Of a DNA stretch of 62,433 nt, positions 56,770 through 62,433 are shown one piece after another (positions within the stretch are counted from its first letter, which is position 1; every line of letters begins with the position of its first letter). Origin of the DNA: a virus (taxonomy: Duplodnaviria > Caudoviricetes). The stretch covers positions 1 to 62,433 of the IMG/VR virus record IMGVR_UViG_3300044513_004371; one strand, 5' to 3'. The notes under the pieces were generated by a model, which was not told where the DNA came from, did no database searches, and was given only the letters and a program-made list of their open reading frames with translations. The position numbers were made by a program, and so were the translations under genes.

Positions 56770-57014
56770 TAGTTCAGTTTGTTTTCGTTCTTGTCTACTG
56801 CTGGGTTCGCATAGGTTTTAATCATCTTAACCGATTCAATCCATTGATACACAGTATCATTAGCATTCTTTATGAACTTATCGAGAAGCGAGTTAACTCC
56901 GAACATTTGTCCAGAAAGGGTTTTTCTAAGGATGTTATCCTTATAATCATATCCAAGGTGAAGTCTTTTTTCCTTTCTCTCGTATATTGGTCTGTATATG
57001 CTATCTTTTAACAT
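56769..57014 (-). CDS. Hypothetical protein
   Basis: ORF in operon. Confidence 0.65.
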   Translation of the reverse strand: MLKDSIYRPIYERKEKRLHLGYDYKDNILRKTLSGQMFGVNSLLDKFIKNANDTVYQWIESVKMIKTYANPAVDKNENKLN

Positions 57015-57021
57015 TCTTACT

Positions 57022-58683
57022 TTATTTTATATTAGGTCTAGGGACTATGTCTGATATTTTAATATTTACAGCCCCGAGAGAATCTTCAGATATTCCCTCA
57101 GCATACTCGTTTCCATATCTGTCTTTAAATCCTCCTCTTATTATTGGTAGTTCCTTTTCAACTATTATAATATCATTATACTCATCTAATCCCGTTAGAT
57201 CTGCATTTGAGTCTTTGATTTTAGCGAGCTCATTTTTCTCAGATACTATTGTAATTGCCACAGAATCAACTCCATTAACCTCTTCTACAACCTTAATTAG
57301 ATCACTTTTTGGAATTCTAGTTCTTCTAGTGTTCTTAGTAAAGTATGCTCCAAGGGAGTTATATATGTCTCTCTTAATGATGTCAATTGTAATATCATCA
57401 AATACTATCATGCTTAGGTTTATAATGTATCTGGTTACGATAGGGTCTACTATTTTTAAATCGGTTGAAATCAGTTTACTTCCTGATTTTTCTAGGTATC
57501 TTAATAGCTGAGTTTTTTGATATTGACTCATTCTAAATATATCTAGATCGGCTCCGAAATAATCCTGGGAATTTGAAAAGCTTTTCTGAATATTTGGTAT
57601 CAAAAATAGATTCATCATTCTCTCATCCTCAGGATCTAGATAAACCGATATTAATGAGAATATATTGAGTCGTCTTAATACTATCTCGTAGTGATCCGGA
57701 TTAACTAGGGCAAAGCTTTTAGAGTGATTAGGCGCAATCAATCTAGTTAAGTCAGATGATTCCGGATTTGCGCCAAACATTGGGGGTTGTTCAGTTGATA
57801 CTATGATGTAATCGTTTAATTCGACCTCATCTCCATTTAAACTAAATCCAGTGTCTTCAAATTCAAACCTAACCGTTTTCGGATCATTAGTTTTGATGTT
57901 TCCACCAGGTCCTTCAGTTATAAGATATTCTATAATTATTTCAGATCCGGCTTTAGGTATAAGACCATAATACGTATTTCCAAAATATATGTCCAACCCT
58001 GTGGTTATGCCAGTTTTAGTGATGTATCCCTTTGCTCCAAATGGGATATCTAAAATGGAATCATACTTTTTCCATTTTTCTCCATTCACATATACATTAA
58101 CATAAAAATTATCTATGAAAAAGTTCTGAGGGCTTCCAATAGAAAAACTTTCAAGAGGAAGCCCTCTTGAAACCACAGTCTGTGTTTCTAAGATTCCTTG
58201 TCTTACTTGGATTTTAATCCCATCATCAGAGCCAACTAAAGAGAACTTTACTTCATCTTGTGGAAGATCGAGTATGTACGTTAGACCATTGTTCTGACAC
58301 GTTAGTCTAGTCATGTTTGGGATAATAACTTTGTCAACTGGAACTTCTTCTGCGTTTTCATTTATTCTAAGCGAAATTTCTCCAATCGAAGACATTGCCC
58401 TGCTTGGATTGTGACCTGATAAACTTGCAAGAGAATATACTGAAGTTAACCTAGTTGCCTCATTTATGTTTAATTCAGTTATCGAATCTTCGATATAGTA
58501 GAAGATAAGTTGAGTTAAATTCTCTAGGACAATTAGCATTTGACCAAAGGGGGAAGCCGCTGTAAATACAGATCTACTCTGGTTAAACTTGTTAGTTAAG
58601 TATTGAATGCTATCTAAGGCAATGTCCTGAATTGAAGCCTTAAATGATCTTAATATTCTATAATTTGAGAATGACTCTGCCAT
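57022..58683 (-). CDS. Baseplate wedge subunit (T4 gp6-like)
   Basis: SVYSLASLSGHNPSR, IYFGNTYYGLIP...IEYLITEGPGGN. Confidence 0.8.
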   Translation of the reverse strand: MAESFSNYRILRSFKASIQDIALDSIQYLTNKFNQSRSVFTAASPFGQMLIVLENLTQLIFYYIEDSITELNINEATRLTSVYSLASLSGHNPSRAMSSIGEISLRINENAEEVPVDKVIIPNMTRLTCQNNGLTYILDLPQDEVKFSLVGSDDGIKIQVRQGILETQTVVSRGLPLESFSIGSPQNFFIDNFYVNVYVNGEKWKKYDSILDIPFGAKGYITKTGITTGLDIYFGNTYYGLIPKAGSEIIIEYLITEGPGGNIKTNDPKTVRFEFEDTGFSLNGDEVELNDYIIVSTEQPPMFGANPESSDLTRLIAPNHSKSFALVNPDHYEIVLRRLNIFSLISVYLDPEDERMMNLFLIPNIQKSFSNSQDYFGADLDIFRMSQYQKTQLLRYLEKSGSKLISTDLKIVDPIVTRYIINLSMIVFDDITIDIIKRDIYNSLGAYFTKNTRRTRIPKSDLIKVVEEVNGVDSVAITIVSEKNELAKIKDSNADLTGLDEYNDIIIVEKELPIIRGGFKDRYGNEYAEGISEDSLGAVNIKISDIVPRPNIK

Positions 58684-58789
58684 CTAATGTGTCTATTTGT
58701 ATTATTTATACCGGATTTATAGGAAGCGTTCGATAGTAGATTTATTTACTTCGGCACCCAAATAAATAAAATAAAGTCGGTAAAAGCAT

Positions 58790-60109
58790 ATGCAGTTTAA
58801 TCTGGACAAGACTGGTTTATACGAAAACTCAAGCCTAACCTTTAAATTTGAATTTAGGTCTCCGATGAGACGTCGAGATATGGCATCTAAACTTTCTAGA
58901 AACACTGGAAGGACAGTCAAGTGGTTTAAGGGTGTGAACGAGTCGTTTAAGCCAAGCGACAATACATTCAAATTAACTAATAAGTATTCGCATAATTCCA
59001 AGATCTTTGTATTTGAGACCGGATTAGTCCAGTACAAGGACGCAATGAGATTGATGCTTCAGACTATGAATATTATAGAATCATTCGGATATACTGACGA
59101 TCGGTGCGAAATGCAGGTAGGAATAGCCTTAAACGAAAAGGCTCTAGAATTACCAGTCGGAATGTCAAAATTGAATAAGTTTAAATATTTGATAGGTTTA
59201 GACGAATCTGATATATTAAAAACTTGGAATACTGAAGACACTGATCGTAAGAAGATAGCACAGAGCACTTATTTCTACTTCCATGCTAAGAATCCATATG
59301 ATACTTACATTTCAAGCTCAATTGTTGAGAGGGTGAACGTAGATGCTTTTAACTTTCCTGAGTCCGACTTTTTCGGATCAAGCTTTAATAGACTTGGAGA
59401 AGGAATATTAGATATTACGTACATTGGAGGCAAAGATTATCACAAAAAGAAGAAGGAAGCATCCTTCACTATTAATAAGATTATCTCAAGACTTCATGAT
59501 ACTCTTTCAGATAACTTTTCATATAATGTTGACGAAAAGAGAAAGTTGGAAACTCTAGTATCAGAGTATAAGAAGTCAGTTCTTAATACCAAGTCCCCTC
59601 TTAACTTAAGAACTAATTATCCTAACATCAACTTGTACTATGATCTTAAATCAGTGGACTACTTAATTGAGTCTAACTATAATTCCTTAAGGGAAAAGAT
59701 TTTTGATCTTGTAATATTCGGAGGAGTTCATATTGCAGATATCAACTGGGATAACACTAGAAAGATGATGCAAGTAAAAGACGCAGCAATAGGTAAGAGC
59801 GTTGTAATCGAAGGAGTTGAATTTTACAATTGTGAAATTGAGGCTGATGCTAAGAATTGTCTCTTTAGCGGATGCACTATAAAGAATTCTAAAATAGAAA
59901 ACTGCGACATAGTATCTTCAAACTACGTTAAGAATTCGAAGATCATAGAATGTAAGTATCATTCAGACGACAATATTATATCTAATAGTTATTTAGACAA
60001 CGATCCAAAGAACCTCATAGGTGGAGATCTTAAAGGATGTCTAGTAAATCGAGGTTCATTTAGACTAGGATCAACCGTTGATAGTAAGACTGAGATAATC
60101 AACCGCTAA
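58790..60109 (+). CDS. Phage amidoligase-like protein, apparently degenerate
   Basis: FEF, ETG..Y, TDDRC, YIGGKDY layout with catalytic-type positions substituted. Confidence 0.5.
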   Translation: MQFNLDKTGLYENSSLTFKFEFRSPMRRRDMASKLSRNTGRTVKWFKGVNESFKPSDNTFKLTNKYSHNSKIFVFETGLVQYKDAMRLMLQTMNIIESFGYTDDRCEMQVGIALNEKALELPVGMSKLNKFKYLIGLDESDILKTWNTEDTDRKKIAQSTYFYFHAKNPYDTYISSSIVERVNVDAFNFPESDFFGSSFNRLGEGILDITYIGGKDYHKKKKEASFTINKIISRLHDTLSDNFSYNVDEKRKLETLVSEYKKSVLNTKSPLNLRTNYPNINLYYDLKSVDYLIESNYNSLREKIFDLVIFGGVHIADINWDNTRKMMQVKDAAIGKSVVIEGVEFYNCEIEADAKNCLFSGCTIKNSKIENCDIVSSNYVKNSKIIECKYHSDDNIISNSYLDNDPKNLIGGDLKGCLVNRGSFRLGSTVDSKTEIINR

Positions 60110-60176
60110 CTTTATTATTATTTCATCCAAGAACTGCATTATTTCCTAATAAATAAACTAAAATAGTAGGATATAG

Positions 60177-62433
60177 ATGTCAGTTTACAATAATCTAAAC
60201 AGCGTCAAGAAGCTGAGTAACTCAAGCGTGACGTCTATCGTTGATGTCACGAACTTAAACTTCAAGAAGTTATCTGACGCGAATTTAGAGTTTTTAAGCA
60301 ATATAAAATACGACGAAAGTGCAAATACAATTTCCTTGAATAAGGGAACTTTCACTTACGTCGATATAACTGATACTCTTTCTCTGAAGGTAAACGGAAT
60401 TCCAACGTTTACAATTGATTCTCTAGGTAGAGCTGAAGGTAAAGAGATACTCGTAAACGTCGCAGAAACAAAAAGACAGAGACTTACAGACTTTCCAGAT
60501 TGGCCAACTGAAGGCGTTCCCGGTGAAATCATATACACTGGAATTCAGAATCAAAGACCCGAATTTGGAGAAGATTTTATAGGTTATTTAGACGGTCGAG
60601 GATGGGTAAGCTTAACCACACTAAACAGCGCAGTTTCAGGAATACAAATTATACCTGAAGCGGGTAGCCCATTAACTCTTCCTACTGTAAATCCTGGAAC
60701 CGGCTTATTATGGGTAGGACCTCCTGGATATGAAAACAGTTATGATCCTCAAGATGTAACTGTTTATTTTAGTGATGATAATGGCAACGTATTTGATATC
60801 ATTACTGATCCCGTTTGGGAACTTATCGAAGGCAGCCCAGATGATGCTAAATTTAAGCCTTTAGGAACTGCGATAATTGGAGACATTACGAATAACGGAT
60901 CTCTTAGATATGTTGATGGAAATCAGCAGTCAGGTTATGTATTAACATCTGATGCATTAGGTAATGCATCATGGCAGCCAAGCACAGGAGGTGGAGGTAC
61001 CGGAGCCCTAAATGCTGCATATGTTCAAATTGTAGATCTATATGCAAATACTGCTAAGACAGTTACACACAATCTAGGATCCTCAAGTGTTCACGTTCAA
61101 TTAATTGATTTAGACACTGGAGCCTTGATAGAATCTCACGTAGATAATTATACGACAAATAGTGTCGATATTACATCTTCTCAAGATAACAATAACGTAA
61201 AAGTTGTCATTATTGCAGCAGGCGGAGCATCTCCCACTTCTTTATTTGGGCTCACTGATGTTGATCTAGTATCCCCGCTAGCGGATGGAGACATATTAGT
61301 ATATAATGCTACTTCTAATACTTGGGTAAACTCTGTGAATACAGGGGGTTCAGGAGATACTGTTATTGCTGGAGATGGAATAGATGTAAATACCGTTGGA
61401 TCTGACGAGGAAGTTTCTATTAATTTAGATACAACCCAAACTAATCTTGTTATAAATGGATCTGGAGAATTAACGTTTGACGGTGTTCATGTTAAGGATG
61501 AAGGAGTAGATGTAGGTACTTATAGGACGATCAACTTTATCGGAGATGATGTACTTGCACAAGATAGTGGAACACCTGGTCAGGTTAATGTTTATATTCC
61601 TACTCCAACGTTTGCTTCTCATTTTAATACAACGGATGGAACAACTACTGGAACAGTTAGCGAAAATATAATTAATCCAGGCGGCGGATATTGGTCAAGA
61701 GAAATAGTTAGAATTAGTACTCCTACATCAGAGGCCAGTCCATACTTCAAGACGAACGGATGGGCAGGTACAAACCAAGACGCATACCCAGTACAAGGCA
61801 CCAGTAAAGGAGCCATTAACTTTACAACTGCACAAGCAGTAACTGGTTTTAGTGCAGATGGAACTGGTGATGCTACTATTACAGTAAACGTATATGATGC
61901 CGACGGCACTACACTATTACATACATATACAACACCTACTCTCTATACTAATGGGGTATATAGCCCACTATTTAATACTAGAGTTGCTGTAACAATTAGT
62001 GGATATGCCACGGATACGTCAAAATATAAAGCCAGCATAAACGTGCAAACTCAGGTTGAGACTATTTTTAATGATCACAGTTTAGACGGTGGAAGATATC
62101 ATGTTGAAATCATCATGAATACTGATACAGCTACCGATGGTGGAAATACTTATACTTATACACAGGACGATATATTCCTAGACACTAATTCGAGTCCTAC
62201 TCCGACTGTTGATGCAATGGTTCTTCAAGAATCATCAGATTCTACTAAGATTCAAACTAAGCATTTAAGTGGAGTCGAATATTATATTCTAAACTCTTGG
62301 TTTGAAGTTGATGGGCTGGATTTCGATGATCTAAATAGAAACACCCAAGGTAGATACAACATATCTAATAGATATACTTCTAACTTTACCATGGCTGCTG
62401 CTGATTACGGTCTACCTGGATACACTCTTGCAG
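60177..62433 (+). CDS. Tail fibre / large virion structural protein (runs off window end)
   Basis: Own translation from ATG 60177: GYVLTSDALGNASWQ, VTHNLG, LTDVD...DGDILVYN...WVN motifs; absent from ORF track. Confidence 0.75.
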   Translation, partial: MSVYNNLNSVKKLSNSSVTSIVDVTNLNFKKLSDANLEFLSNIKYDESANTISLNKGTFTYVDITDTLSLKVNGIPTFTIDSLGRAEGKEILVNVAETKRQRLTDFPDWPTEGVPGEIIYTGIQNQRPEFGEDFIGYLDGRGWVSLTTLNSAVSGIQIIPEAGSPLTLPTVNPGTGLLWVGPPGYENSYDPQDVTVYFSDDNGNVFDIITDPVWELIEGSPDDAKFKPLGTAIIGDITNNGSLRYVDGNQQSGYVLTSDALGNASWQPSTGGGGTGALNAAYVQIVDLYANTAKTVTHNLGSSSVHVQLIDLDTGALIESHVDNYTTNSVDITSSQDNNNVKVVIIAAGGASPTSLFGLTDVDLVSPLADGDILVYNATSNTWVNSVNTGGSGDTVIAGDGIDVNTVGSDEEVSINLDTTQTNLVINGSGELTFDGVHVKDEGVDVGTYRTINFIGDDVLAQDSGTPGQVNVYIPTPTFASHFNTTDGTTTGTVSENIINPGGGYWSREIVRISTPTSEASPYFKTNGWAGTNQDAYPVQGTSKGAINFTTAQAVTGFSADGTGDATITVNVYDADGTTLLHTYTTPTLYTNGVYSPLFNTRVAVTISGYATDTSKYKASINVQTQVETIFNDHSLDGGRYHVEIIMNTDTATDGGNTYTYTQDDIFLDTNSSPTPTVDAMVLQESSDSTKIQTKHLSGVEYYILNSWFEVDGLDFDDLNRNTQGRYNISNRYTSNFTMAAADYGLPGYTLA

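Larger units (their letters stand above)
15768..60155. promoter_or_regulatory. Set of late promoters ATAAATA (T4 TATAAATA-like)
   Basis: Plus strand: 15768,16057,17838,18587,24127,35406,58762,60149; minus strand: 24085,30021,30446,35393,40246,43889,48807,52601,58703; mostly 10-30 nt before virion-type gene starts. Confidence 0.65.

Noticed and set aside
24438-57511. Long antisense ORFs such as 24438-24869, 38970-39644, 47531-47920 and 56987-57511
   Set aside because: Fully overlap well-supported genes on the other strand; composition typical of reverse-frame shadows
60356-61909. Minus-strand ORFs 60356-60538 and 61619-61909
   Set aside because: Antisense to the long plus-strand tail-fibre-like ORF starting at 60177
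1-62433. Stop-codon reassignment as in some Bacteroidota phages
   Set aside because: Ligase, terminase, sigma and baseplate genes are full-length in the standard code, and coding density is high

Overview
This window is part of a large (jumbo-type) T4-like myovirus genome in the standard genetic code, very probably infecting a Bacteroidota host. Host evidence: TAnnTTT(G/A) -7 promoters, no Shine-Dalgarno sequences, a T9SS type-B sorting domain, DUF4494/DUF2452-like genes and a Bacteroidota-type bS21. Three zones. (1) 1-14.1 kb: about 38 short minus-strand early genes and a tRNA-Arg, arranged in promoter-gene-terminator modules. Most module-leading promoters carry an upstream inverted G(A/G)(G/A)CGA...TCG(C/T)(T/C)C pair at a fixed, helically phased distance, and a strand-polar 10-mer ACTACGGAGT recurs. 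(2) About 14.1-15.2 kb: a gene-free, motif-dense, GC-palindrome-rich region (candidate genome terminus or origin). (3) 15.2-62.4 kb: thioredoxin, sigma factors, CAP proteins, a T9SS-cargo-like protein, DNA ligase, many late proteins with T4-like capsid-targeting N-termini (two with annexin-like repeats), a five-domain muralytic/esterase enzyme, a Nudix hydrolase, ribosomal protein bS21 (missed by the ORF track), a T4 beta-glucosyltransferase homolog, baseplate genes, large terminase and a tail fibre. Three promoter classes and three phage sigma factors are visible. All family calls come from motif recognition by eye, without database searches.
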